Assembly: GCA_029855935.1 (NCBI GenBank)
Contig: JAGSHN010000020.1
Span: 32,001-96,000, forward strand
Direction of reading: 5' to 3'
From: Candidatus Thorarchaeota archaeon
GTDB lineage: Archaea > Asgardarchaeota > Thorarchaeia > Thorarchaeales > Thorarchaeaceae
DNA length: 64,000 nt
Shown one piece after another: positions 29,540-40,226 of the stretch. How positions within the stretch are numbered: the first letter of the stretch is position 1; each line of letters begins with the position of its first letter. Both the position numbers and the translations under genes were made by a program. Under the pieces are notes generated by a model. It saw only the letters and a list, made by a program, of their open reading frames with translations. It had not been told where the DNA came from and made no database searches.

Positions 29540-30319
29540 TCACTCCTGTCCCTCACCAGTGACACGCCTCACGAACCTCAGGAGGAGTTCGTAGGCCTGT
29601 TCACGGGCCGGGTGGCACGTGAGCACATGCGGGGCGCCCTCGATGAAGTGGAGTTCCTTGACCTCGGAGGATATCTTCTTGAACGCAATCTCCGCTCCAC
29701 GCGGGTCGACTGTCGTGTCTGCAGCTGCCTGAAGAATCAGTGTTGGAACCCGCACCTTGGAGAGCTCTCGTCGGATGCGCTTGGCATATCGGATCAGACG
29801 CTCGATAGCGATCAGCGGTTCTCGGTCGTATCTCGGTCGAGGCAGGTCGTACAGCTCGGCAATGTAGGAGAGGTCAATCCGACGGTACTTCTTGACCCGC
29901 CGGATGAAGGGGACGAGCTTGCCCAATATTCCTCCGAACTTGATGGCAGGAGATATTGCCACGACTCCTGAGAGGTCCTCCCCTCGTCGAATGGCGAGAT
30001 CGAACGCCAGCAGGGAGCCCATTGACACACCTGCGACAAAGACGTGCTCTGCGCCCCAACCCAGTACGTGGTCCAGACCTGCGGAGACACTGCCATACCA
30101 CGCCGCCTCATCGTTGACCGCAAGGTCCTCAGGTGTTGTACCGTGCCCGGCAATCCTGACAGCAAAAGAGGAGATGCCGTTCTCGCGCAGAAAGTCACCA
30201 AGACTCTTCATCTCAAGAGGCGTTCCGGAAAAACCGTGTATGAGAAGAAAGGATACCTTTGAGTCTTCGACCCTGTTCTCCGTGTCCTCAACTCCTAGGG
30301 ACCCCTTCAAGGTCATCAC
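29540..30319 (-). CDS. Alpha/beta hydrolase (carboxylesterase/monoacylglycerol lipase type)
   Basis: LIHGFSGTP, GHGT, GVSMG nucleophile elbow, D-TVD, C-terminal H. Confidence 0.88.
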   Translation of the reverse strand: MMTLKGSLGVEDTENRVEDSKVSFLLIHGFSGTPLEMKSLGDFLRENGISSFAVRIAGHGTTPEDLAVNDEAAWYGSVSAGLDHVLGWGAEHVFVAGVSMGSLLAFDLAIRRGEDLSGVVAISPAIKFGGILGKLVPFIRRVKKYRRIDLSYIAELYDLPRPRYDREPLIAIERLIRYAKRIRRELSKVRVPTLILQAAADTTVDPRGAEIAFKKISSEVKELHFIEGAPHVLTCHPAREQAYELLLRFVRRVTGEGQE

Positions 30320-30388
30320 CTCTTGCGTTTGGATGAGGGTGGAGAGAGGAGCAGTGCATCAGGCGATGCACCACTCAATACTCTCTCA

Positions 30389-32443
30389 CTACTCTCTCTC
30401 CATATCAGAGAACCGAAAGCCTCCCGTGAGGAAACCCAGCCTGATTCCCGCCGAAAGCCAAGATATCAGGTTCAGAATCTCAAGTCCCACAACGAGCGCC
30501 ACGAGGACTGTGATGACGCCGGCAATCTGCAGCGGGCTCGGGAAACCGGCGAACACGTAGAACGTGTACAGCGCTGTGATGGCACCGAGAACGAGACCGG
30601 CGGCTGCCACAACACGTATCAGATTACCCTCCAGCGTGTGACCCTGCTTCAGGATCCTGCTACCAAGATCCAGGTTGAGGGACAAGACGAGGACAAAGCT
30701 GATTGTGTAGAGCATAAAGATGATGGCTGCTGCTGTCATCGCCTGCTTGGTGATGCTCTTTGCACCCTCGAACATCACGACCATCAGTGCGAAGAAGAGG
30801 GATGCAGTTCCAAGCATCTGGGCACTGACGGTGGGAGAACCTCTCGAGTAGCCCACCACGCTCACGTTCCGGATGAGGAGGGAGAGGATGACCACTGCCA
30901 TCACTGTTGGCGCCTGGACAGCCATCGATACACCCGGTATCACCGATACGTTGAACCAGATGTTGGCAGGCCAGATTGCCGGAGGACCGACGCCGAAGAG
31001 GCCCAGCATGAAGGCTATGAACGCCAGCGACCCTGCAGCTGTCGCGATGACTGTCAAGAACGTCTGAGAGAAGACACAATTACCTCTGAGAATGGACTCA
31101 ATCATCAGGGCAGCCTGGGTGATCACTACCAACAGCCACGGGATGATGACAAACTGGGCCAGTGAATAGGGTGTCACGAGAATGAAGACGCTGGCCACAA
31201 CAAGTGGCAGGCCCACTATGATATCGTTCTTCCCGGCATAGAGGGCGCCGGCAAGGAACATCATGGCACCAGGTGACACGGCGATGAAGAAGGCGAGCAG
31301 CGGGGCCACCGATCCCATCAGCGTGCCAGCAAGTGATGTGCCAAAGACACCCACCATCGCGAGGAACACCATAAACCACTTCGCGCTCCCGCGGATGACC
31401 TCCTCCTGCAAGTGAGAGCTGTGACCCTCCATTGCGCCGAGACGTGGTGCCAACATCGCCCAGACTATCAACAGCAGGAGAAAGCCCTGCACGAGCCACG
31501 GAGGCGTGTAGAATGTGACGAATGAGGCATCAATCTCTTTGATGACGGGGTCAACAAACGGATCCTGGTAGAAGTGCGACCACGAGTACCAGATCTCTGT
31601 ATTGCCGACGTGCTGGACTGCCCCGTCGATGACTGCAAGACCGCCGACAACGGAGGCAATGAAGCCCGTTATGCCATAGCCCATCTTCGCGACCCTTGTG
31701 CTTCTGGCAAACTCTCGGATGTGGGATGCAGGGAGGGTCCAGAAGATGGCTACGCAGAATTGACCGATGATGAGAAGAACATATGCCGCAGCCATCAACG
31801 GCATGTACAGTGAGGATATCGCGTGGGCAACACCAACTAGGGGCCAGAACAGGGCGCTACCAAGACCAGCTATCAGCCCCGCATACGTCTTGCTCGCATC
31901 AATGTACAGCACCGACAGCAGCTGCCAAAATATCACGACAAGCGCTCCAATCACTGCCACGTTTGTGACGTAGGCGGAGACCTGGACCGACCGCTCGATG
32001 TCCACGGTCACACCGCTGTAGACGACCAGAGCGGCCACGACAACAATTATCCCACCAACGTACAATATGCTTGGATACTGCGACTCAAGCAAGAGGCCAA
32101 GCTTCTTTGAAGCGCGTGCCTGAATCAGAAGTCCAATTCCGAGCAGCCCGAGGAATACTGCACTATAGTAGATGCTGAGCGGTGACTGGTACACAAAGTA
32201 CGCGGCCTCGTATGGTAGCTCAATCAGACCACCAGCAGGAAAGGCGGCACCGCCAGTGATGTACGACAGGACAAGGCTTGCAAGGCCTATGAACCCGGCA
32301 ACGACCCCAAGCAGACCGCCAAGAGCAGCCCGCTTGCTGATCGGCTCGAATTCTCCTGAGAGGTCTTTCTCTAGCTCCGCTGTCTCATCAGATTTAGAGT
32401 ACAGCTTTCGTCCGAATGACGCAAGCGATCCTTTGGAACCCAT
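30389..32443 (-). CDS. Hypothetical polytopic membrane protein
   Basis: 684-aa, almost entirely hydrophobic with many TM segments. No family recognised. Confidence 0.7.
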   Translation of the reverse strand: MGSKGSLASFGRKLYSKSDETAELEKDLSGEFEPISKRAALGGLLGVVAGFIGLASLVLSYITGGAAFPAGGLIELPYEAAYFVYQSPLSIYYSAVFLGLLGIGLLIQARASKKLGLLLESQYPSILYVGGIIVVVAALVVYSGVTVDIERSVQVSAYVTNVAVIGALVVIFWQLLSVLYIDASKTYAGLIAGLGSALFWPLVGVAHAISSLYMPLMAAAYVLLIIGQFCVAIFWTLPASHIREFARSTRVAKMGYGITGFIASVVGGLAVIDGAVQHVGNTEIWYSWSHFYQDPFVDPVIKEIDASFVTFYTPPWLVQGFLLLLIVWAMLAPRLGAMEGHSSHLQEEVIRGSAKWFMVFLAMVGVFGTSLAGTLMGSVAPLLAFFIAVSPGAMMFLAGALYAGKNDIIVGLPLVVASVFILVTPYSLAQFVIIPWLLVVITQAALMIESILRGNCVFSQTFLTVIATAAGSLAFIAFMLGLFGVGPPAIWPANIWFNVSVIPGVSMAVQAPTVMAVVILSLLIRNVSVVGYSRGSPTVSAQMLGTASLFFALMVVMFEGAKSITKQAMTAAAIIFMLYTISFVLVLSLNLDLGSRILKQGHTLEGNLIRVVAAAGLVLGAITALYTFYVFAGFPSPLQIAGVITVLVALVVGLEILNLISWLSAGIRLGFLTGGFRFSDMERE

Positions 32444-32632
32444 CTGTCAGTCCTCACGGGATAGTCTCTGAACGCGTCCTGAACGACTTCGGGGGGTATA
32501 AATGCGTATCGGACTGCGTCTAGGTCACTCACATCTTCCTATGGCACGGACCAAAAGGGCCAGCAACGGTTGCCGCCAGCAAGTAGAAAAGAGGGACCGC
32601 CCAGTGGTCACCAGAGAAAGAAGGTGAGTGCA

Positions 32633-32779
32633 GTGCCAGAGATAGAACTCTATGTCAACGGAGAGAGGATTGCTCTCAACAGGTTCACAGCCAACGTCCT
32701 ACGAGACGTTCTGATGGCGTTCCTCCGAAACCTCCACGGTGTCGAGGTGGACGAGATCAAGAAGATTGAAGTGTCGTGA
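32633..32779 (+). CDS. Small protein resembling the C-terminal domain of MobB-type proteins
   Basis: IELYVNGERIALNRFTANVLRDVLMAFLRNLHGV. GGTGA RBS; sits directly upstream of the AOR gene. Confidence 0.55.
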   Translation: MPEIELYVNGERIALNRFTANVLRDVLMAFLRNLHGVEVDEIKKIEVS

Positions 32780-32800
32780 CTCGCATTCGGGGCGATTCCT

Positions 32801-34633
32801 TTGGAAAAGGGTTGCAGAAGCGGCAAGATGGCGTGGGTCGACCTCTCTACAGGTCGCGTGCAGGAGAAGAGACTCGAGGACTGGGTATACAAGACGTTCA
32901 TAGGCGGCAAGGGGCTCGGTGCCTACCTCCTGTACAGACACGTGATGGCAGGAACTGAACCGTTCTCTGCCAGCAACACGCTGTTCTTCCTCACAGGCCC
33001 TCTACAGGCCGTCGGCGGTCCCAGCATCGGCCGATGGAGCATCGTGACAAAGTCGCCTCTCACGGGGCTCTTTCTGGACAGCCACTGTGGCGGCCCACTG
33101 GGACGTGAGATCAAACGGGCAGGATACGACGTGCTCGCTGTGAGAGGCAAGGCAGCTGAACCAGTGGTCCTGCACGTGACTGATGACAGTATCGACATCG
33201 AGCCAGCGGAGGATGTCTGGGGCGCGGGCATATACAGGGCGACGGAGACACTACACGAGAGGTACGGCAGAGAGGCCGCTGTGTACACTATCGGTCCAGC
33301 CGGAGAGAGAGGTATTCTCTTTGCCACGGGAGCGTGCGAGATTGCACATCAGACTGGTCGCGGTGGTGTTGGTGCAGTGATGGGCTGGAAGAACCTGAAG
33401 GCCGTTGTCGCACAGGGAACTCACGTCTATCTCGCCGCGGACCCCGACGATATACGCGAGGTCAACAGAGAGGTGGCCAAGACGTGGAGGGAGAACAAGA
33501 CCGGGTTCCCAGAGATTGGGACTGCCTTCCTTGTGGAGGTGGCCAACGGGCTCGGCCAGTTCCCGACACGAAACTGGGAGGCGGGGTACTTCGAACGACA
33601 CGAAGAGCTGGATATGCGCAGCCTCCACAAAACAAGGTGGGCGGGACAGTTCTATTCGTGTCCTCACTGCATCATGCGCTGCACCCACGCCTACAAGACA
33701 CCTGACCCCGACGACCCAACGAGGGATGTCGACTCAACCGTTGAGTACGAGACTCTTGGCCTGATGGGGGGAAACCTGGGCATCTCAGACCCGATTGATG
33801 TACTTCAACTCAACTATCTGAGCGACAATTATGGCCTAGACACAATCAGTACTGGATCAGTGATTGGCTTTGCCATCGAGTGCTACAAGAGGGGCATCAT
33901 CACGTCATCCGAGCTGGGAATAGAACCGGAATTCGGCGACGTGGCATCTGCCATTCATATCCTCAAGAGCATTGTCAATAGAGTGGGAATCGGAGATACC
34001 CTGGCTCTCGGCGTCCGGAGGGCAGCGAAGAGGCTCGGGAGAGGCGCGGAGGAGTATGCGGTCCACGTAAAGGGCCTTGAGGTCGCAGCTTGGGACCCGC
34101 GTGGTAGAAGGGGGATGGGCCTCTCGTACGCCACGGCCGATGTCGGGGGAAGCCATCTGAGGGGATGGCCCGCCACGACAGATCCGCCAGATGCATCAGC
34201 GCTTGATCTCGTAGAGTCGATGGTACGGGCGAGGGACGAGAAGGTCCTCACAGACTCTCTTGTAGTCTGCCATTTCACGTACCACCTTCCTCTGAGGCTG
34301 GAGCAGAAGATTCGGCTCCTGAACGCTGCAACAGGGGAGAACTACACTGAGGAAGACATCTTTCTCTTCGCCAAGAGAGTCGCGGCTGTCACGCGGATGT
34401 TCAATGTCAGAGAGGGCATATGCAGAGAGTACGACGACCTGCCACCGAGGCTATGGCAACCCCAGAGCCAGGGGCCACGCGCTGGCCTCAGCTCCTTCGT
34501 CAGCAGGCAGGACTTCGAGGACTGTCTAGATCGGTTCTACGAGCTGAGAGGTTGGGACGCCACGGGGTGTCCCACAAGAGAGACGCTCAGGGAGCTAGGG
34601 CTTCTGGAACTCGGTATAGAGCCGATCGACTGA
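32801..34633 (+). CDS. aor: Aldehyde:ferredoxin oxidoreductase (W/Mo-pterin)
   Basis: KSPLTG, IGPAGE, GRGGVGAVMGWKNLKA, EYET, GLDTISTG, HVKGLE..WDPRG, DSLVVCHF. Confidence 0.9.
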   Translation: MEKGCRSGKMAWVDLSTGRVQEKRLEDWVYKTFIGGKGLGAYLLYRHVMAGTEPFSASNTLFFLTGPLQAVGGPSIGRWSIVTKSPLTGLFLDSHCGGPLGREIKRAGYDVLAVRGKAAEPVVLHVTDDSIDIEPAEDVWGAGIYRATETLHERYGREAAVYTIGPAGERGILFATGACEIAHQTGRGGVGAVMGWKNLKAVVAQGTHVYLAADPDDIREVNREVAKTWRENKTGFPEIGTAFLVEVANGLGQFPTRNWEAGYFERHEELDMRSLHKTRWAGQFYSCPHCIMRCTHAYKTPDPDDPTRDVDSTVEYETLGLMGGNLGISDPIDVLQLNYLSDNYGLDTISTGSVIGFAIECYKRGIITSSELGIEPEFGDVASAIHILKSIVNRVGIGDTLALGVRRAAKRLGRGAEEYAVHVKGLEVAAWDPRGRRGMGLSYATADVGGSHLRGWPATTDPPDASALDLVESMVRARDEKVLTDSLVVCHFTYHLPLRLEQKIRLLNAATGENYTEEDIFLFAKRVAAVTRMFNVREGICREYDDLPPRLWQPQSQGPRAGLSSFVSRQDFEDCLDRFYELRGWDATGCPTRETLRELGLLELGIEPID

Positions 34634-34685
34634 GCGCATCATCGTGATAAATGACTGGCCATCTGACAGACAGCAGCTGAGGCCC

Positions 34686-35438
34686 TCACTTGATGATCTT
34701 GTAGAGCTCTTCCATCTTCGCAGTGAACTCGCTGTCCGGATGACGGAGAACGACAACATATCTGCTTCCAGCCTCGATGAGCAGTGGGAGAAGCGGGATG
34801 ATGGTGGCCACCTTTGCCTTGAACTTTCCCTCCACCTGTCGCACGATATCCGCGTCCTCGTATATGCGGGGCTTCTTGTTGATCACTATCTTGATCTCCG
34901 GCACCTGAAGTTTGCGTGCCACACTCAGTGTCGCGGCAGTGCCAAGAAGGTCCTGTTCATCGACACGCGCCACCACAAAGAGAAAGTCGGCCGTCGCCAT
35001 CGAGAGGAGGGTCTCACGGTCGAGTCCGGGGTGGGTGTCAATTATCAGGTAGTCAAGTTGTTTCTCGCGTATCACGTCATTGAATCCATTCCGCAGGTCG
35101 CTCACCTCGTATCCCTCCCTGAGAATCCGGGTTATGTCCGCCGCATTCATCGACGATGGGACAAGGTATAGCCTTCCTCTCCTGATCCCCAACTCCTCGG
35201 TCAGATCCAGACATACATCAGTGATATCACAAGCCCCGCGTAGGTAGTCATTGAGTGTGTGGGGAAGACGTTCGCGTCCCTTGCCAAAGATGATGTGAAT
35301 ACCGGGGGATGCCATATCAGTGTCCATCACAGCCACACGCTTGCCATCAAGTGCCGCCACTGCAGCAAGATTGGCAGCGATATTCGACTTGCCAGTCCCA
35401 CCGCGAAACGAGTGAATGCTAACGATCTCTCCCGCCAT
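34686..35438 (-). CDS. MinD/ParA family ATPase
   Basis: HSFRGGTGKS deviant Walker A, DTDMASPG, IIDTHPGL, VINK. Start overlaps the upstream stop (TGATG). Confidence 0.88.
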   Translation of the reverse strand: MAGEIVSIHSFRGGTGKSNIAANLAAVAALDGKRVAVMDTDMASPGIHIIFGKGRERLPHTLNDYLRGACDITDVCLDLTEELGIRRGRLYLVPSSMNAADITRILREGYEVSDLRNGFNDVIREKQLDYLIIDTHPGLDRETLLSMATADFLFVVARVDEQDLLGTAATLSVARKLQVPEIKIVINKKPRIYEDADIVRQVEGKFKAKVATIIPLLPLLIEAGSRYVVVLRHPDSEFTAKMEELYKIIK

Positions 35439-36757
35439 CAGTCCGACCTCGCATCTTCCAGTATTGGTTCGGTGGCCCAGGTCACATTGTTTCCCAGGGC
35501 CCTCAGGACCTCCAGAATACGTGACGGAGGAATGTGCGTCCGAGCAGAGATAACTCGGACCGGCGTCTTGCCGTCACAGTATTCCCATATTGCGTCTAGT
35601 ATTTCGTAATCCCTCTTAGGCATTCCGATGACCTCCAGATATGCAAGGAACCTCTCGTCCCTGTCGCAGACCTTTGCATACAGCGGTCGGATGCGTACCA
35701 CCCCTCGTGCCACGAGCAGCGCGAGGAGCTCTGACAACTCTGACATCCGTAGCCCAGCGTCACGTGCGAGCTCGCCCACGGTGATCAGCCCGCGGTGTCG
35801 ACCGAGCAGGCCCACTAGTTTCCTGTGCACACTATCGGGAAACCGCTCTGCGAGAAGAGTTTCCACTGCCCCGGCTGTGATCTCTCCGCCAACGGGCACA
35901 ACAACATCCTCCTCGTTGAGGGCAACTGGCCCCTCCTCATCTACAGGGGCCACACGCGGCACATCACTCAGGTCCAGCTGGCACACAAGATTGAGAAACG
36001 CTCTCGCCTTGTTCTCAACAGACTCAGGCGAAACGGATCCCGTGACCACGAACACCACAATCTTCTCATCACACCTGCTTGCAACAAAGGAGGTTCCCAT
36101 ATCGAGCGACGGATGAACAATAGTTATTGGAAGGCGCTCGGCAGCGGTCTGCCCCGCGATGGAGACGAGCATATCGAGCAATGCCTCAAGTTCGTACATT
36201 CTCAAGTTCGACACTATTATGTGACCGTCATCGGTGAGCGCTGCGCCACGCAGTACCTCCTCTCTCTCGACCGATGAGAGAACACTCTTCAGGTCGTGGA
36301 GGACCGAGGGAGGCAGCAGGATTGTGTGATACCTGCGCGCTATTCCCGGAATCCCGTCAAATCTCCTCAGCACGAGCTCGACAGTGTCAGCAAACGACTG
36401 GAACCTTGAGTACTGTGCCCTCGAACTGTCATCATCAGTGTTTCTCAGAACCTCGTAGTACTTGCCGACGAACCGTTCGGCCAGCTCCTTGAGAATGGCG
36501 CGGTAGATCTCGACACTATCGTCTTTTCTCACAAGGGCAATGAAGTACAGGTCTCCCTTCTCTACCCAGACGAACTTGCTGTCAGCAAACGCTATCGCCT
36601 GAATCTCCTGTTCAGTAGTGCTCTCCACAAAGGACCCCACAGCCGAGAGGAATGCGGCAATCACCTCGTCAATCTTGTGAGGCCCTCCTGTGGAGTAGCG
36701 GAACAAGGGGATGCCCGTATTTCTGATAATGACAATCTCCTGCGCCAATCTTCGCAC
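35438..36757 (-). CDS. Longin-like + roadblock-like + tandem winged-helix protein
   Basis: N-terminal IVIIRNTGIPLF..AFLSAVGSF..LYFIALV..LAERFVGKY; middle RGAALTDDGHII; C-terminal TVGELARDAG and CDGKTPVRVIS HTH units. Confidence 0.6.
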   Translation of the reverse strand: MRRLAQEIVIIRNTGIPLFRYSTGGPHKIDEVIAAFLSAVGSFVESTTEQEIQAIAFADSKFVWVEKGDLYFIALVRKDDSVEIYRAILKELAERFVGKYYEVLRNTDDDSSRAQYSRFQSFADTVELVLRRFDGIPGIARRYHTILLPPSVLHDLKSVLSSVEREEVLRGAALTDDGHIIVSNLRMYELEALLDMLVSIAGQTAAERLPITIVHPSLDMGTSFVASRCDEKIVVFVVTGSVSPESVENKARAFLNLVCQLDLSDVPRVAPVDEEGPVALNEEDVVVPVGGEITAGAVETLLAERFPDSVHRKLVGLLGRHRGLITVGELARDAGLRMSELSELLALLVARGVVRIRPLYAKVCDRDERFLAYLEVIGMPKRDYEILDAIWEYCDGKTPVRVISARTHIPPSRILEVLRALGNNVTWATEPILEDARSD

Positions 36758-37030
36758 CTCTGACTCGGCCGAAAACGGCCCAATGACACTCGTCGAGCCG
36801 ATGCGGCTACCTACCTCTTACGATACCACACCTCTAGACTTGAAGCTTTCGTGCGTCCGGCATCAACCGGGTAGACTGTCGGCCTGACAGAGAGACCTTG
36901 ATTCATAACAGCAAACCTATTAACGGTTGGCTGTGGGTATTTGTTGGGGCAGGTAGTAGAGAGGCGTACCACTTCTTGATTGGACGGCCACCCCGGTGTT
37001 CTCCCCGTGTGCGCGCGTAGGTGATAGACG

Positions 37031-38065
37031 ATGACGGAAGAGACACAGACGCAGACAAACATCGTGGCAGTTGTCGTCACAGACGCTGAGGGGAAGGTCA
37101 TCGCCACTGATGAGGTCCTTCGGACAAGGCTTGGTAGTGGGGCTACGGTCTTCAACCTGCTGAGAACATCGGATCACCAAGTGCTGCAAGATGCTCTGGC
37201 ACAGGCCATAGCGAATCAGCGGAAGACCAGTGCCCAGCTGTCCATCCCGGGGCCGGGGGACAAGTGGACGGCAGGTCAGGCCGATATAGTTCCTATTGCC
37301 GTCGAGGGAAAGGCCTTGGTGCTCGTAGTCTTCTCAACGCCGCGTCCGTGCACCGGCTCGCCTGCGTATCAGCACAAGCTCAGCCTTCTTGATGCGATGA
37401 CATACGAGATCAGGTCACTTCTTCAGGAGCTCGTCACCACTCAAGAATACGTGAGGTCGCTCGCGGCCGACAACAGCGAACTCTCAGAGATTGTTGACGG
37501 CCTCCTGACAGAGGTCGGCCGCGCAGTCAGGTTGGCCAATTCCGTGAGGACCATCCTGAAACTCGAGTCCGAGCCCGTAGAGGTTCGAGTGATGGACCTT
37601 GCAACCACTGTGGAACGGTCGTTCGAGATGACAAGCGAGTTGTATCCAGATCGAAATCTTGGGCTCGTCGCAACATTCGACGAGGGTCAGTTCAAGGTGA
37701 TGTGCTCGGACCTCTTGGTGGATGCCCTCTCGGCACTGCTCAGCGTATCAGTTGAGATGTGCCATCCAGAGGAGTCCCGAATTGTTGTGGACGCCAAAAT
37801 GCAGGACGGCGACCGGGTTCTGCTCACGATCAGTGACAACGGCGAGCGAATCCCGGAGGAGAATCATGAGAAGATATTCGACATAATATGTGCGGGCCTC
37901 AGCAGATCCATTGGTCAGGGCCTCAATATGGCTGAGGAGGTACTGACTCGATGCGATGCTTCAGTCAGGCTTGTTGAAGAGCCTGCTGACGAGGGGCTTC
38001 TTCTCAGGTTCGCAATAACACTCTCCCGCGCAGGGAGCGGAACTTCATCGGTGGTGAGCAGGTAG
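37031..38065 (+). CDS. PAS + degenerate histidine kinase (HATPase-like) protein
   Basis: PAS-like VVTDAEGKVI; H-box reads MTYEIRSLL; ISDNGERIP, KIFD, IGQGLNMA. Confidence 0.7.
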   Translation: MTEETQTQTNIVAVVVTDAEGKVIATDEVLRTRLGSGATVFNLLRTSDHQVLQDALAQAIANQRKTSAQLSIPGPGDKWTAGQADIVPIAVEGKALVLVVFSTPRPCTGSPAYQHKLSLLDAMTYEIRSLLQELVTTQEYVRSLAADNSELSEIVDGLLTEVGRAVRLANSVRTILKLESEPVEVRVMDLATTVERSFEMTSELYPDRNLGLVATFDEGQFKVMCSDLLVDALSALLSVSVEMCHPEESRIVVDAKMQDGDRVLLTISDNGERIPEENHEKIFDIICAGLSRSIGQGLNMAEEVLTRCDASVRLVEEPADEGLLLRFAITLSRAGSGTSSVVSR

Positions 38066-38427
38066 TGGCAAAGATAATGATAGCCGATGACGACGTCTTC
38101 TTACACAGGGTTATGGCGAGGGTCCTTGGTCTCGGTGGCCATCAGGTCGTGGCACACGCGTACAACGGCCTAGAGGCCTTCAAGAAATATGCGAACCTCA
38201 ACGACAAGCCAGACGTTATCTTGATGGATCACCGAATGCCGGTTATGGATGGCGTCCACGCTACAAAGGAGATTCTCCGGGTTGACCCCCACGCGAAGAT
38301 TCTATTCATCAGCGCAGACGAGTCTGCAAAGGAGGAGGCGCTGAAGGCAGGGGCGGCCGGCTTTCTAGTCAAGCCAGTGAGAAGCACCATGCTCTTCAAG
38401 GAGATTGACGAGGTCCTGTCCAAGTAG
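38065..38427 (+). CDS. Single-domain response regulator (CheY-like)
   Basis: IMIADDD, VILMDHRMPVMDG, FISA, FLVKP. Confidence 0.92.
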   Translation: MAKIMIADDDVFLHRVMARVLGLGGHQVVAHAYNGLEAFKKYANLNDKPDVILMDHRMPVMDGVHATKEILRVDPHAKILFISADESAKEEALKAGAAGFLVKPVRSTMLFKEIDEVLSK

Positions 38428-38441
38428 GCAGGTGCGTACGT

Positions 38442-40226
38442 CTAGTATCCCGGACGCAGAACAGGCAACGTAATGCGGAAATGAGCGCCCTCACCGGGTG
38501 CCGTGTCAATCAACTCTAGGTCACCACCGAGGGAACGCAGTATCTCTCGGCTGAGGTAGAGTCCGAAGCCGCCTGACGACCTCGTTGAAACACCACGTGC
38601 GAACAGCCTGTCACGAATCGACGGGTCCACACCGGGGCCGTTGTCCTCAACGTCGATATAGACCACATCGTTGCTCTCAAGCCGAGCAGTAACAGTCACC
38701 TCGGGTCGGCTTGTACCGTGCATTACACTGTTTCGTATAAGGTTCTGGAGGACCATAGGCAAAAGCGAACTCCCCGCCACCATCACGTCCTTCACCTCAG
38801 ACACGTTGACCCGAAGGACAAGCCCCGGATAGGTTGAACGAGCCCAGCGTACGACATCGCACACAAGATCGAGGAGGTTCTTGATCCCCTTCTCAGACGG
38901 CTTTCCGAAGGCCTTTATCACCTCCAAGGAGCGCTCGAGCACGGTGTCGCAGGTATTGATGAGCTCCTCAATGGCGGCGATATCACCACGAGCAATGAGC
39001 TGTCGGCCCAGGTCCAGGTTTGACAGAAGTAGTGCTATGTCATTTGTCAAATCGTGGCGTAGGACGGAGGCATAGAGCTTCAGCTCCCGATGAGCCTGCT
39101 CGCGTTCCAGCTGTGCCATCTTCTTCTCAGTGACATCACGGCAGACGAAGACTATACTCACCTCGGTGTCACTGACGGCGACACCAGTGCTGACCTCCGC
39201 GAGGAATCTCGAACCATCTTTCCGCATCAGCTCAATCTCCCTTGGCTGCTTGCCTCCCGCCTGGTTTCCACGAATGAGTGGCGCCAACAGACGCCGAATC
39301 TCACCCCGACTCTCGGTGGGCACCACCAGTTCAACTATCGACTTTCCGCTGGCATCGTCGACAGAGTATCCAAATAGTCTCTCTGCGGCAGAGCTCCAGA
39401 ACTGGATTCTGAGACTCGCGTCAACTATCGCGATCGCATCGCTAGACGCTATGGCTATGGCCATGAGCCGCATACGTTCGCGACGCAGTTCCGCGGTCAC
39501 TCTCTCTCTATCGGTGACGTCAATCACTGCGGCAGAGGCGAAAGACAATGTCTCGTCCGTTGCACGCGGTACCGCGTGAATCTCCAAATGCCGGATGGTT
39601 CCCTGCCGTGTGCGTACCCGAAGCGTGTAGGTAGATGAGCGTCCTTTCTTGCGGAGGGCGGTCTGCTCGTGAAGAAGTGTCCGATCCTCGGGAAGCACAA
39701 ACTCCGTGAGGGGTCTGCCAATCAGCTCCTCAAGATCGCGTTCGACCATCTTGCAGAATGTGGAGTTCGCGTATAGGATGTGCTCTTCAAAGTCTGCTAT
39801 GAGAAATCCAATCGGAAGGTGCTCCATCTCCTTCAAGAAGTCAACATATACCGGGCGACCATCCGGACCCACTATTGTGCCCGTCTTTGGAACTCCTACA
39901 GCAGCAACAAGGCCGCTCTCTCTGTCAATCGCCCATACACTCCACGCCAGCCCAAGCCGCGACTTACCCAAATGTAGAGTGGTCTGCACGTGACCAACAT
40001 CTGACTCTCCATCAGCAATCGGGCGGATAGCCTCACCAAGAGAGCCACTCTCCCAGATTCCATCAATGTCCTCTAGTGTCTTGAGAGAACGCCCCCGTCG
40101 AGCGCGTCGGATGAGCTTCGCGAGCGGCTCGCTCACAAAGCCTAGGTCCCCCCCACGAGAGACCACCAGCATCATCGGGGCTCCCGTTGGCAGGTCCTTT
40201 GCACAATCAGCAGACCTTGATTTCAT
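38442..40226 (-). CDS. PAS-domain sensor histidine kinase (cytoplasmic)
   Basis: Two PAS domains (ILYANSTF..LIGRP; WSSAAERLFGY..RKDGSRF), RHDLTND, QNLIRNS, EDNGPGV, GFGLYLS. Confidence 0.92.
   Translation of the reverse strand: MKSRSADCAKDLPTGAPMMLVVSRGGDLGFVSEPLAKLIRRARRGRSLKTLEDIDGIWESGSLGEAIRPIADGESDVGHVQTTLHLGKSRLGLAWSVWAIDRESGLVAAVGVPKTGTIVGPDGRPVYVDFLKEMEHLPIGFLIADFEEHILYANSTFCKMVERDLEELIGRPLTEFVLPEDRTLLHEQTALRKKGRSSTYTLRVRTRQGTIRHLEIHAVPRATDETLSFASAAVIDVTDRERVTAELRRERMRLMAIAIASSDAIAIVDASLRIQFWSSAAERLFGYSVDDASGKSIVELVVPTESRGEIRRLLAPLIRGNQAGGKQPREIELMRKDGSRFLAEVSTGVAVSDTEVSIVFVCRDVTEKKMAQLEREQAHRELKLYASVLRHDLTNDIALLLSNLDLGRQLIARGDIAAIEELINTCDTVLERSLEVIKAFGKPSEKGIKNLLDLVCDVVRWARSTYPGLVLRVNVSEVKDVMVAGSSLLPMVLQNLIRNSVMHGTSRPEVTVTARLESNDVVYIDVEDNGPGVDPSIRDRLFARGVSTRSSGGFGLYLSREILRSLGGDLELIDTAPGEGAHFRITLPVLRPGY

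Noticed and set aside
38063-38065. Pyrrolysine read-through fusing the pseudokinase to the receiver
   Set aside because: The receiver is in a different frame, and read-through hits TAA after three codons.
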